From Octopus vulgaris (taxonomy: Eukaryota), in assembly GCA_951406725.2 (NCBI GenBank), contig OX597816.1, positions 136,090,001 to 136,154,000 of the forward strand: 64,000 nucleotides of DNA. The letters are read 5' to 3'. Position 1 is the stretch's first letter. Every line of letters begins with the position of its first letter. Under the pieces are notes generated by a model that ran no database searches, was not told where the DNA came from, and saw only the letters and a list, made by a program, of their open reading frames with translations. This document shows, piece after piece, positions 12,430-25,744 of the stretch. The position numbers and the translations under genes were made by a program.

Positions 12430-14605
12430 AGCCCACCAGGGCTTGGTTCTCAGTACCCTCTATTTGTCACAGCCCTCCAGGCTATAACAGAGGAATTTAA
12501 GACTGGTTGCCCTTGAGAGTTAGAACTTTGGTCTTTGCTAAGTTATGCTGATGACCTTGATCCTATTATTGCAGAATTTGTAGTAGAATTAGACAAGGAA
12601 TTCCAGGTGTGGAAACAAAAACCTTGAATTAAAAGATTGTAAAGTTAACTTGGCAGGAAAACAGAGAGGGCTCTACTCCCTTCAGTAAATGGCCCTGTCA
12701 ATATCTAGGAAAAATTTAGGTAGAAATTCCATATGGTGCACTCATTGCAAGCTAATGGACACATAAGTGATGCAGTGGAATTTACATGAAGGTTAACAGA
12801 GGAAGCAGACTTTGTATGTGGTAGATGTGCAGGAACAATAAACACTAAAAATGTATGGGAAATATATTATCTCAAATGCCCAAAAGGTTCTCCAGAGGTA
12901 GTAAATAGTTCCTGTTACCTAGGTGATCTAATTAGCAGTGGAGGAGAATGACCTGAAAGTGTAGTTACCAGAATGAGAATAGAATGGAAAAAGTTCAGAG
13001 AGCGGTTACCTTTGTTGGAAAGAAAAGGGCTTTCTCTCAGAGTGAAAGGTAGATTGTATGATGTATGTGTACATGCAGTAGTACTACATAGTAGTGAGAT
13101 GTAGGCCGAGTGCAGAGGAAATGCAAAAACTAAAAAGAAATGAAACCAGTAGGCTTCATTTGATGTGAAACATCAGTGTACATGTATGACAAAGTGCAAA
13201 TGTGTTGGGCATGAGAGAAAACTGTACTGGTATGACCATGTGGTGTATAAGGATGGGAACAATTATATAAAGAAGTGTCAACCACAAAATGTAAATGGGA
13301 CTTGTGAAACAGTAAGACCCAGGAAGACATAGGATAAGGTAATGAAGGCTGATCTCAAGAGGTTGAGCCTCATGGAGAAGATGACCATTCTGTCTAAATG
13401 AAAGTGATATCCTAAAAGCATTTTGTTTATGTCTATATATTCACTGGACCCTGCCCCTGCATCCACTCTGTGCTCATCAGGCCATTGCCACCTCTCATCT
13501 TCGTAATGTCCATCTCTCTACTTTTCTAACTGTAGCACTATTCAGCAGCTATAATTATATGAGAACAGAATATGCACATATTTCATATCCCTTTGTGCCA
13601 CCAGTTATCTCCCCATCCCTCTTATCCCTGTCTCTCATTTTCAATATCATCCCTTCCTGCATTATTTTCCACTAATTACTACTTTCTGCACCTCCTTCAG
13701 ATACAGCTTACAACTGCCATTACCTTATCTTTAACACCCTCTCTTATCTGCAATCATTCTCATCACCTTGGCATATCTGATGTCAACAGCCTCTTTTTCA
13801 CCTTTGTCCCACACTCACTTAACCATCCCTACATATTCCTGACATCCATCTTTGTCACTATACATCTCTCTCTCTCTCTCTTTTTCTCTCTCTTTCTCCC
13901 ATCCTACATTCAGCTTCACATTTTCTGATCCACCAAGTGGTTTGTTAGTGTTATACCCCTCCCTTCTGCCACTTATCACTTCCTCCTTCCCAAACCACTT
14001 CTATTCTTTCATCTTCCTCTTGCAATACTGATATATGCAATTGACCACACCTTCACCCTTGTTCCACTCACTATACTCACCTCTAAAACTATTTCTAATC
14101 ATCACTCTCCTCCTGCACTCTAATGAATTTATCACCCAACCCTCCCTAATGCATGTTCATATTTTCTCTTATGCCCACCTTCTTGTACCTTGAGAGTTCA
14201 TGCTGACTAATCATCATTATCTTCTTTCCATCTACTCCTAACCACCCTTATATAATGTAAAGTAACCATGTATTTCCCCAGAGCAAGACACTTGAGCTTG
14301 TCTCTCTATCACACTTTGGCCTCTCAACACCTGGCATAGAGCCATCTCTCTAGTACAACCCCACTTCAGTCAGAGGTCTTCTTATTTTCTTGTCTTGGTG
14401 ACCTTACTAGTGCTGGTGTTATGAAAAAAAAACACCCAGTACAGGCTGGAAAATGGTTGGCATTAGGAACAGCATCCAACAAATAAAAACCATGCCAAAA
14501 CAGACGAGAGCTCAATGCAGTCCTCTAGTTCATTGGATCCTGTAATACTATCCAACCCATGCCAGCAAGGAAGACCTACATTAAATGACATGTTACATGA
14601 TGATA
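12430..14605 (+). mobile_element. 5'-truncated RTE-clade LINE (RT 3' half, long pyrimidine-rich 3' UTR, tail)
   Basis: HQGLVLS, LQAITEEFKTGCP, YADDL, Cys-rich insert, FVCGRC, SSCYLGDLISSGG, WKKFRE, SLRVKGRLYDVCV, RPRKT; many stops and frameshifts. Confidence 0.85.
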
Positions 14606-14631
14606 AATGTATGTTGGTATGAGTGAGTGAG

Positions 14632-14687
<56 letters not shown>

Positions 14688-14694
14688 ATATATA

Positions 14695-15850
14695 TTCTTT
14701 TACTGGTTTCAGGCATTCATCTGCAGTCAGCTGGGAGATCAGCTTCAAAGGATTTTTATTTTGAGCATGTTGACCCCAATATTTCAGTCAGGTACTTTTT
14801 TTTATCAATGTCTATCTGAGAAACTGTAAGGCTACACACACAAACACACACACACTTACACAGAACTGCAAAAAGCTTTCATAGTTTTCACCTACCAATT
14901 CCCCTGACATTGTACTGGTCAACCTGAGGCTAGAGCAGAAGACACTTGCCCAAGATGCCATGTAGCAGAACCAAACCCAGAACCAAATGGTTGCAAAGCA
15001 AACTTATTAACCATATAGTCATGCCTATATCATTCTACACCACTCTCTATATAAGTATATAGAGACTAAATAACACATTAAGCTTGTGAATTTTTTAATA
15101 AGTGAAATCAATAATGACTTAAAACCAAAAGATATAGTCTTTTGTTAACAGTAAAGCAAAACATTAAAAACACATTAACGGTATTCCCACTTAAAAGATA
15201 ACTACTATAGCTAGCTTTTATCTTTTGTCTTTTACTTGTTTCTGTCATTCGACAGCAACCATGGCAGAGCACCGCCTTGAACGAGTTTAGTTGAACAAAT
15301 TGACAGCAGTACTTATTTTTGTGTTAAGCCTGATATGTTTTTTATCAGTCTCTTTTGCTGAACTTCTAAGTTACAGGCCATAAACAAACCAATACTAGTT
15401 GTCAAGTGGTGGTGGGGATCAAACACAAACACACACAGAGAATTCTTTCAGTTTCCATCTACTCTCAAGGCTTTGGTCGGCCTGAAGCTATAGTAGAAGA
15501 CACTTGCCCAAGGTGCCACATAGTGGTACTGAACTTGGAGTCATGCCTAGCCTAAATTGCTCTATTACTCACAATGGTCAAAGTGATGAACTGGAGAGTA
15601 ACTGCAAGTCATTACACAAACTATTTTGTCTTTTATCTTTCACTTGTTTCAGTCAGTACCCCAGTATGTTTGCTGGGGTACTGTCTTCAAGGGCTTAGTT
15701 GAACAAACTAACCACAGAACTTATTTTTTTAAAGTCTAGTACTTATTTTATCCATTATTTTTGTTAACCCACTAAGTTACAGGGACATAAACAAACCAAC
15801 ACCAGTTGCCAAGCAGAGTGGGTGGGACAAACACAAACCCAAAGACATGC
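14695..15850 (-). mobile_element. Cluster of three degraded family 1 SINE copies
   Basis: Reverse-complement motifs gacacttgcccaag, cttgtttcagtc and taagttac at 14695-15027, 15218-15540 and 15630-15850. Confidence 0.7.
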
Positions 15851-16000
15851 ATACATATGTATGTTACTGCCCAGTTTGAAATGAGAAAATTTGTTTTTAC
15901 CCAAAAGAAACACTTTCCCATAAAAATATCAAACATGAAAATATTCAGAGATAGAAAATATGTAAAATTTTTTTGGAATACTTTGATAATACCTCTAAAA

Positions 16001-16554
16001 CAGAGGTAAATATGGCTCCTGAGGATCCCTATAAGAATTTTGGGGTCTATGCAACAAAATAGTAAATTGGGGATCCACAATAGCATTTTATGGTCCCCTG
16101 AAAAAGTTTAGCTTTAGATGTATGTATTGCTATTTATTACAAGAAACATCTAAGTTTCTTTCTCTGATATTTTACATAGTTCAACCTATACAAGTTAATG
16201 TGTGAAAAACAAAACAGGAATTTCTAAAGAAGTTTCTATAAAACTAGTTTTTAAGCATCGAATATTTATGGAGCCCACTAGAATAAGATGGTAATCAAAA
16301 GGGTTCATAAGTAAAAAATGGTTGAGAACCCCTGCTTTAGATGTATGTATTGATATGTATTGGAAGAAATAGCTAGGTTTCTTTCTCTAACATTTTACAT
16401 GCTCAACCTACACAAGTTGATGTGTGAAAAACAAAACAGGAATTTTGAAAGTTTCTAAAGACTAGCTTTTAAACATCAAATGGCTAGGGGGGGGGCACCA
16501 TAATGAAATAGTAATCAAAGGGGTCCATAGATGAAAAACAGCTGATAACCTTTG
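16001..16554 (+). mobile_element. hAT MITE with internal ~220-bp duplication of its 3' part
   Basis: Identical 8-bp TSD CTCTAAAA (15993-16000 and 16555-16562). The unit ctttagatgtatgtattg...ggttgagaacccctg occurs twice. A related end lies on the minus strand at ~41567-41790. Confidence 0.75.
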
Positions 16555-17172
16555 CTCTAAAATAAAATTCTAAATTAAAAACTGTTCAACTTGGGTCACT
16601 ATATTTCATTTAATAACCTATCCTATCAAATACATGGAAAATAATTATAAAATTAAGTGAAAATACATGTGATTTGTAAATGGTCATTGCAAATGCCAGA
16701 ATAACAGAAAATTGATGTATGCTTAAATAGAGAAAAGAATGATGTCAATGTATGTTGAATTTAATTTGGGGGTAAAAACTTCCTTGTTTCATATTATTAG
16801 TCATCATTTGCTCATATTGTGTGTGTGTGTGTGTATACATACATAAATAAATATATATATATATATATATACATATATTCAACATTGTGTATCTCCCATA
16901 CACACACACACACTTCATGCACATACACATAAACCCACATACAGTACTGGACCTATTATTCAGTTTCCTGGAATCTGAAATTTTCAGAAATCCAGGAATA
17001 GTGTGCAATATATTATACCCTGTATTGAGTAAACAGACTCATACACTACTTTAGAATAGTATTAATTTGGTGTCTTCTTCTATAGCCTCAAGTCAACCAA
17101 AGTCTTGTGAGTGGATTTAGTAGATGGAAACTGAAAGAAGCCCATTGTATGTATATACATATATATGTATGT

Positions 17173-17478
17173 ATATTATAGTGGGGTAGGCCAGTTTATG
17201 GGGTTATCCTAGGTTTCTTGCTCATAAGGGGTTTAGCCTTATGGCATATGTTCAGACCCCAAACACTGCTGGCCTGAGACCTCTTTAAAATATTTTAAGA
17301 TATTTTAAAGAGGTCTCAGGTCTGCAGTGTTGAGGTCTGAAGATATGTTGTAAGGCTAAACTCCTTATGAGTGAGAAACCCAGGGTAACCCCATAAACCA
17401 GCCAACCCCACTATAATATTAACTGCTCTACATCTTAGAGAGTGCTTCTCCTCCAGATTTATGTATTTCTACAAACGA
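17173..17478. mobile_element. Asymmetric inverted-repeat element (Penelope-like pLTR) carrying hammerheads
   Basis: ~120-bp imperfect arms spanning 17173-17419; the right arm continues unpaired to a TA tract. Confidence 0.65.
17332..17392 (+). ncRNA. Type I hammerhead ribozyme (right arm)
   Basis: GAGGT-CTGAAGA (core 17337-17343), stem II TGTAAGG/CCTTATG, GAAA 17375-17378, palindromic stem III ACCC-A-GGGT, GTA, then ACCCC. The left-arm copy (17200-17260, minus) has a perfect GGGGT/ACCCC stem I but core CTGAACA. Confidence 0.7.
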
Positions 17479-17889
17479 TATATATATGTAGGTATTGTGT
17501 GTGTGTGAGGGGGGTGTTTGTCCCTCTGCTATCATTTGGTGGTGTGTTTATGTCCCCATAACTTAGTGGTTTAGCAAAAGAGACCGATAGAATAAGCACT
17601 AGGCTTTACAAAGAATAAATCCTGGGGCCGATTTTTTCAACTAAAACCCTTTAAGCTGGTGCTCCAAAATGACTGCAGTCAAATGACTGAAACAAGTAAA
17701 AGAATAAAAGAATGTTAAATACAATATTCATGCACACACATAGCTTATTTTATATTTTAAATATATATTTAGACTGTCTGCAGGAAAGCCAAAAAAAAAC
17801 AGAAACCCAAAACATTTCTGGTCCCAAGCTTACCAAACAGTTGGTCCAGTACTGTTCATACTTACATACCCAGGCCTGTTCACATGGAA

Positions 17890-18200
17890 GATTGCAACAT
17901 GGTTACTTGAAATGAACAGCTCAGACAATAGGGGGAATAAAACACACCAAACACCTGACATGGAGTATCAATTAAGTGTATGAAATCTCACTTTGAGTGT
18001 TACCACCATGCAACTCAAGAACAAGAAGCTCCCACCAAATGCCTACTACATAAATGACAAAACTCATCATAGGTGACAACAAATGTCGAATATGCAAAAT
18101 TAAAACTGAAGACATTAGTTCCATTACTATCAAATGTGAAAGAATGTCCTCTAGGCTACTATCTTCCCATGAAGCATGTTATAGTAACAAGAACAACATA
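17890..18200 (+). mobile_element. R4/Dong-like LINE zinc-knuckle region relic
   Basis: SHFECYHHATQEQEAPTK...DNKCRICKIKTEDISSITIKCERMSSR.YYLPMKH (CCHC-type knuckle followed by an RHD-like motif). Confidence 0.7.
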
Positions 18201-18476
18201 ACAAATACAGATGAATTACTGATGGAATAAAATCATCATCATCATCAGCAGCAGCAGCATTTTAACGTCTACTTTTTACTGCTTCCATGGATCAGACAGA
18301 GTTTACTGAAGCAAATTTTCTAAGGTTTGATGCCCTTCCAAGTACAGTAATATTTCAAAGTAAGATGATATTTCCCCATGGCCAGACATGTTCTTGCAGT
18401 ATATTGGAAATGAATGACAGTGCTGGTATGACAGTGACAACCATTTACAACTATAATGTGCTGTCAAAACAAGGAG

Positions 18477-18508
<32 letters not shown>

Positions 18509-19334
18509 GCACGCACACATACAGTAGGATTCTTTTAGTTTCCATCAACCAAATCCATTCACAAGGCTTTGATCATTATGGAGCTATAGTTGAAGATACT
18601 TACCCATATGCCATACAGTGGGGCTGAACCCAAAACCATATGGTGGGAAGCAAACTACATACTTTAAGTCACATAGAGCAAAATCAACCTGTTTTAAATA
18701 ATACACACACATCTCTTGTGCATCTCACAAAATAATATTCATGCACAAACACACACACAAAAATAAGGTTGCATAATGTTATAATAATCATGCCAGCCTT
18801 CATCAGCCTCAGTTTCAGGACATGCAATGGCATTCTTGACAGAATCAAAGTATCATTTTCAAAAACTTTCTCTACATAGCTAACTGTAGTTACACATTAT
18901 ATCTTATCTAATATTATACTATGATATTTTTTTATAACCAAAAATGACCCAAAATTATAAAGGATGTTGCATTGGATCTATCAAATACTTCTATACAAAG
19001 TTTTGTGTACAAGCAGAGATTGACAATTAATCAGGATGTCTCTATTCACTTGATCTTTGCACAAAAGTTCAAGACATTCAAAATTTCTATGGTTATATAT
19101 TATATATAACTATATTCAAATTAATCTGGACACTTTTGGTGATACTAAAATATAAAAATACACCATGGTTATTGTTATATGGTTGATATTTTTATCTTAG
19201 TATCACTGTAAAGTCTGAGTTATTGACAATTTTTTATATGCAGTTTAAGTAACTTTGAGAAAAGAATAAAAATCAATAACCGCAATTTTGAAAGTTCTGT
19301 TCTGTCTTCTTTCTAGTGTGAAACATTACCTATA

Positions 19335-19540
19335 CTCTAAGCACAAGGTTCGAAATTTTGGGGGAGGGGGCCAGTTGATTAGATGGACCCCAGTATGCAA
19401 ATGGTACTTAATTTATTGACCCTGAAAGGATGAAAGGCAAAGTCAACCGTGGCAGAATTTGAACTCTGAACGTAAAGGCAGACGAAATACTGCTAAGCAT
19501 TTCGCCTGGCGTGCTAACATTTCTGCCAGCTTGCCACCTT
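19335..19540 (-). mobile_element. tRNA-derived SINE family 2
   Basis: Minus head ggtggcaagctggcagaa...gagttcaaattc and gactttgcctttcatcc. Other copies at 21497-21670, 39757-39950 and 46098-46748 (split by an RTE end). Confidence 0.75.
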
Positions 19541-19572
19541 AAAAACATTACTCATATACACACAAAATATAT

Positions 19573-19970
19573 AGGTGCAGATGTGGCTGTGTGGTGAGAA
19601 GCTTGCTTCCCAACCACATGGTTCCAGGTTCAGTCCTACTGCATTGCACCTTGAGCAAATGTCTTCTATGATAGCCTCAGGCCAATCAAAGTGTTGTGAG
19701 TGGATTTGATAGACAGAAACTGAAAGAAGCCCATTGTGTGCATGTGTGCGCTCTTGTGTGTGTTTTCATGTCTGTTTGTCCACCACTTGACAACCAGTGT
19801 TGGTTCGTTTATATCCCCAAAACTTAGCAGTTCAGCAAAGAAACCAATAGAATAAGTACCAGGCTTTAAAAAAAGAGAAAAGAAGTACTGGGGTTGATTT
19901 ATTCAACTAAAAGTTCTTCAAAGCAGTAACCCAGCATGGCCACAGTCTAATGACTGAAACAGATAAAAGA
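19573..19970 (+). mobile_element. Family 1 tRNA-derived SINE, near full length
   Basis: gtggctgtgtggtgagaag...ggttcagtcc...ccttgagcaa (CORE-like)...gactgaaac. Confidence 0.85.
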
Positions 19971-22900
19971 TATTTGTGCCTAGAAATGTTAGATGTATTG
20001 AGAACAAATATATATATATGAAAATATAATATTGAAACAAAGTTTTTGAAACTATTGGCATGTGTTTATACTTTTGCTTAGCACTCTGAAATAAATATTT
20101 ATCAACTAGAGAAGTTCCTGCTCATTTGAATGGAACTATACCAAAGGCAAATACTGGTAAATTAAACCACTATAAGAAATTTAATACAAAAAGCCAATGA
20201 AAGCCTTAATCTTTGTTACGCCCAAATTTTAACCTAAATTCTTCATCTTATTCTTTGAAAGATTTGTTTGATATACCAATAAGTCATTTGATAACTAAAT
20301 GATATCTCAATATTAAAGCTATAATAGATATTAGAACTAAATAAATTACACCAAAAATGTTATATACTGTTAAATATTGACAGTCTAAGTAAAAAAAGAA
20401 AAACATCTTTTTATTTCATAATCAATTGATACATCAACACAGAAACAGCATAACTGATAAATATAAAATATTCCATTTTAATCTATAATCACAAAACAAA
20501 TAATTAGTTTAACCAACTTTCGTTCATGCAATTTAGAGTCAAAAATTTATGAGCTAATCAAAATCAAAACCACAAAACCCTAATCTAAATTTGCTTAACA
20601 TATGCTTACATAGACTTATCACTCCTGCAAGAATTATTACATCACTAACAGATTAACAAATGCATAAATGAATACAGATTTCACTAAGTGAAAGAGAGCA
20701 GTGTAGTTATGTGAATGACATTTTTTATTTCATCAACCTTAAAAGCAATTGAAGGTACAGTAATATAAAGAGCCTCAGTTAGATACTGTAAAGTACTCTT
20801 GATGACTTTGGGTCTCTTTCAAGATATTCATGCTCATCTTGTTAAAAAAATATATATATATATACTATAGGGATAGGCTAGCTCCAGTCAGATTCACTTG
20901 AACAGACACATGTGGTAAAATCTTATCTCATTTAAGATCTGGCTGTTCGGTTTTTAGGCTGAGACATGCTGTTAAAACTTGTGGCCCTATTTAAATGATG
21001 AAGAATTTGTTAAGGGAGATTCTGCTACAGCATAGAGTAGGTCAAGTGATTACATGGTTCACATTATCAATAGAAGTAACTGGTTGTAACTAATTTAAGG
21101 CTTTAAGAATTTTTACATGCTCTCTCTCTTACACACACACCAGCATAAACAGATAGCATAGTGAATTCCAACAGAAAAATTCGATTAATTAAATATTAAA
21201 CCAATAATTAAATTCGAGATCCTATTTATCAAAATAACAACAAAACAGCATATGAACACATTTACAGGTGATTTGTGGTTAGAATGACTGCAATCTACTT
21301 ATAACTGTCCTTTACACAACTCTAATAAAAAATTAAATTACATAAACTATCAATTAATTTTGATAAACTTTAAAAAGAAAAATACTATAAAAAGAAAAGT
21401 ACATTCTTCTAATAAAATTAGTATGACTGCATTAACAACATATAATAGAAATTATTAAACCTACTAAATAAATATATAGAGTAAAATAATTGTTTCTAAT
21501 TCAGACAGGAGGCCTGAAATTTTGTGGGAAGGTGAATAGTCAATTATGTCAAATCCCAAAAGGATAAAAGGCTAAGTTGATCTCAGCAGGATTTGAACCC
21601 ATAATGTAAAGAGTTGGGAGAAATACTGTAAGACATTTTATCCAACACTTGAACAATCAGCCCTCTACCGGCACCCTCTCAAATACTCCCCACACACACA
21701 AACACACATACCACTTTTTGCCATTTTCCTTCTTCCTGTTCTTTTCATGTTTTGCAAATTACTTGGCAACCTCACCAGTGCTAGTGGCACAAAAAATAAC
21801 ACACCCAGAATACTTTGTAAAGTGGTTGGCATTAGGAAAGACGTCCAGCCATAGAAACCTGCCAGAGCTGACACTGGAGCTTGACATGGCCCTGCAGCTT
21901 ACTGGATCCTGTCACACTGTCCAACTCATGCCAGCATGGAAACAGGATGTTAAATGATGATGCTCATGATGTTCCATAGACAGAAAATAACAGGGTTTGT
22001 CACAATACATTTTACAAAAAATCTTTGAGCTTAACAGCAAAGAATAACAATAACTTCTAGATTCATAAACCTAACTTAGTAAAATAATGAATAGTGTACT
22101 TTAGATACCATATTTCTATAGAAGTACATTGTTTTTCTTTTAATTAATTTAAAAAATGATGAAGAATATAGTAAAATGACTTTGTCGTTATTAAGCTACA
22201 TAAATAAGCATAAAATGTTAAAAGTTTTAATGTCGATCACTTTAAAACAGGAAGTCTATACTATAGAAATGAGGGCAGTCTTGGAAGGCTTGGCATTAAA
22301 TGGGTTCGTGCTGCTGATATCTACAGTTAACCATAATTTTGGTGCTATATCAGAATTGGAGCACTTAATTATCTATTTCATCACTATGAGAATTCAAAAA
22401 ATGCATAAATTGGAAATAAAATTATCGACTTTTTCATTGCTGTTCTAAATTTATTATTCTTTATGATAATTCAGTACATACCAGTCTAAATAAAGCAAAA
22501 ACACCTACAAATTCATTCATTTCTTGCTAATCTTGTAATTTTTGTAAAGTCTCAGTGTTGGCAACGTGACTGGCTTTCATCCAATATTGAGAAAAATTTG
22601 CTAACGGCCATCAAACAAAGTAAATATCCAATTAAAACTTACTAACATTCACCCCTGAATAGAACACACCTTCTATTTTGACCTCTTTGGAAACTTTTCA
22701 GTTTTCTTCTTGCTTATCAATAGAAAGAAGTTTAAGGCTGCATATTTTTTATAAATGCTAGTTTCAAGCCAATAAGAATTGTTAATATGTATTTATGACG
22801 TTCATATGGATAACAGACTTAGTAACTGTTCTGATTCAGCTCTCAATCCTACTCTAATTTTTTTTTCTTATAATTATTAAATGAATACCCCTTGTTTCAG

Positions 22901-23544
22901 ATCAATCTATAAGTGAAAAGAAAATAAGGAAAAAAAAATCAATGAATGTGAGAACTAAATTAGACTCTTTTACAGTCTCATGAACATAACTTGTATAAAT
23001 CTATACAATAATCATGATAAACTATAGTAAGCTAAACAACTATTATACTCCTTTCACAATGAAATATTGAAAATAAATATTTAAATCTATTACAAATAAA
23101 ATCTAGAACAAGTTAATTCCTAAAACTCTTATGAAGTTGTATTTTTGAGGAATGGTCATTTCACTCAGTAAGATCTAATAACAAAGTATTGAAATCAATA
23201 CTAAACATAAATGAAAATATTTTAAATAAATAAATAAAATAAATTTATGCCATTTGTAAATATAAACTGCCATTATTTCCAAGTCCTTTTCGAAACTTGA
23301 AGCTGATAAACAAAACTAAACTAGGTCAATTTTTTTAACAGTAGAATAAGTAATATGATCACTAAATTAAATCATAACTATTCTAATGATAAACATATAA
23401 CTTTTTTGATAAATATAAAACTTTTATGATAACTATATAGTTTATTTGATAATAAATATATATATTTTTGATTCTAACTACAAACTTTTTTGATAATAGT
23501 GATATAACTTGTTTGATCACTATATATATATATATATATATATA

Positions 23545-23695
23545 TGTATAATATGTGACAATTATTCAGTTGCCATAATATAACTCTGAGTTTATTATGG
23601 CAACCAAATAATTGTCACATATATTACAAATAAATTTCTCTATTTACATAATATTGAGGCCTCTTTCATTCTTTTTGTTGTCTTACCATTACTGT
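23545..23695. mobile_element. Short inverted-repeat element of the same family as the 48677 hammerhead
   Basis: Arms 23551-23622 centred on AACTCTGAGTT; the right arm matches 48724-48775; flanked by (TA)n. Confidence 0.7.
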
Positions 23696-23715
23696 ATATA
23701 TACATGTATATATAT

Positions 23716-24115
23716 CTCTTTTCCTTGTTTCAGTCATTTGACTGTGGCCATGCTGGAGCACCACCTTTAGTCGAGCAAATCAACCCCAGGACTTATTCTT
23801 TGTAAGCCTAGTACTTATTCTATCGGTCTCTTTTGCTGAACTACTAAGTTATGGAGACATAAACACACCAGCATCGGTTGTCAAGCGATGTTGGGGGGGG
23901 GAGGACAAACACAACACATAAACATACACACATACATATATATATACATATATACGACGAGCTTCTTTCAGTTTCCGTCTACCAAATCCACTCTCAAGGC
24001 TTTGGTCGGCCCGAGGCTATAGTAGAAGACACTTGCCCAAGGTGCAACGCAGTGGGACTGAACCTGGAACCATGTGGTTCGTAAGCAAGCTACTTACCAC
24101 ACAGCCACTCCTACG

Positions 24116-24116
<1 letters not shown>
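23716..24116 (-). mobile_element. Family 1 SINE, least diverged copy (CpGs retained)
   Basis: Minus reading aggagtggctgtgtggtaagtagcttgcttacgaaccacatggttccaggttcagtccc...gactgaaacaag. Confidence 0.9.
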
Positions 24117-24154
<38 letters not shown>

Positions 24155-24156
<2 letters not shown>

Positions 24157-25605
24157 AACTTCTCTATGCTGATGACCTTGTACTTATAGATGAAAGTGTA
24201 GAAGAATTAGATTTAAAATTCCATTCCAAAAATGGAAACAAAACCTGGAATTAAAGGGTCTTAAGTTTAGTTTAGCAATGACTAAAGTTGTAATTAGCAG
24301 AAGAACAGATAGAAAATTAATCCATTTGGGTTCTATAGGTAGACAAGGTGTAGGTAGAAATTCCATATGGTATGCTCAGTGCAAACTATGGACACATAAG
24401 AGGTGCAGTGGAATGAAAGGCAGGTTAACAGAGAAAGTAGAATTTGTTTGTGGAAGATGTGTAGGAACAATAAATAAGAGCACAAGGGGAAATAGATGTT
24501 ATGAAATGCTCAAGAAGAATTAACAGTAAATAGTTAGTAGTGGAGGAGGATGCTCTAAAAGTATATTTGTTAGAATATGAATTGGCTGGAGAAAGTTCAG
24601 AGAACTTCCACTTGCCTTGGTGATAAAAGCCTCTCCCTCAGAATGAAAGGCAGATTGTTTGATGCCTGTGTACAAATGCTAAATGGCTGTGAAACTTGGC
24701 CTGTGAATGCAGAGGACATGCGAAGATTTGAAAGAAATGAAACAAGTATGCTCTCTGATGGATGTGCAATGTCAGTGTGCATGTACAACAAAGTACAAAT
24801 GTGCTTTTTCCCTAAACACAACTTAAAGAAAAATTGGGCACAAGAGACATCAGATGTGGTATGCAGTAGAGAAGATCGTGCTGGTATGGTCATGAGATGC
24901 AGATGGATGAGGAGAACTGTGATAGTGCCTATCACTAAATGTGGAAGGAACTTGTGGAAGAGCTAGACCTGGGAAGCTGTGGGATGAATTGTTGAAGACT
25001 AACCTCAAGATGATGAACCTCTCACAGAAGATGACAGAAGACAGAGATGAATAGCTTTATACTGTGCTTGAGAAGACCCATCCATCTCAGCAGAATTGAG
25101 GCTCTGTCAAGCTTTCCCCCACAATTCATCTTCTACTTTCTTCACTTCCCACTACACTGAACTGATATCCTGTGCCCAACTTATTCTCTATCTCTAATCA
25201 TCTGTCACACTATTTCCAGAATACTTCCCTATTATCTCATATTAATGTTGTACTTGGACCTCATATATCTTTCTTTTCTCTCTCTCTCTCCCTCTAACTT
25301 TTCAGGTGGGCAAGCCATATATTTCCTTCTTCAGCAAGACACCTGCTCCTCTCTCTCTATCATAGTTTCTCTCTCCAGTCTATACCCTGCTCAGTGAGTA
25401 AATGGCAGCCTCACCATATTGGTGCCATGTAAAAATCATCTAGTATACTCTGTTAAGTGTATTAAGTGGTATTAGGAAGGGCATACAGTGGTAGAAACCA
25501 TGTCAAAGTAGAACCTATTGGAGCCCTTGGGCTCTTCTCTTCTTGCCAAACCATCCAACCCATGCCAGCCTGGAAAAGGGGATGTTAAATGATAATGATG
25601 ATGAT
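24155..25605 (+). mobile_element. 5'-truncated RTE-clade LINE
   Basis: LLYADDLVLI, WKQNLELKGLK, TKVVIS, GVGRNSIWYAQCKLWTHKRCSGMKGRL, FVCGRC, LSLRMKGRLFDACV, ETWPV, RFERNE; 3' UTR and (GAT)n tail. Confidence 0.9.
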
Positions 25606-25744
25606 AACGATCGCCTTTTTGATAATAACAATACCTGCTAAGTATATAGCCCTTTTAATAACAATATAACATGTCTTATAACAACCATGTAGCTTCTTTC
25701 ATAACAATTGAAGATGCCATACTTTGTTAATTAATTTTATAATT

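Larger units (their letters stand above)
17070..17710 (+). mobile_element. Family 1 SINE split in its TA/TG tract by the hammerhead inverted-repeat element
   Basis: The SINE body before 17150 resumes after ~17480 and ends gactgaaacaagtaaaagaataaaag. Confidence 0.8.

Noticed and set aside
16964-16998. 34-nt hairpin TTCCTGGA..TCCAGGAA
   Set aside because: Too short for a pre-miRNA and lacks a ribozyme core.
24040-24116. tRNA gene
   Set aside because: The A/B boxes belong to SINE heads; there is no complete cloverleaf.
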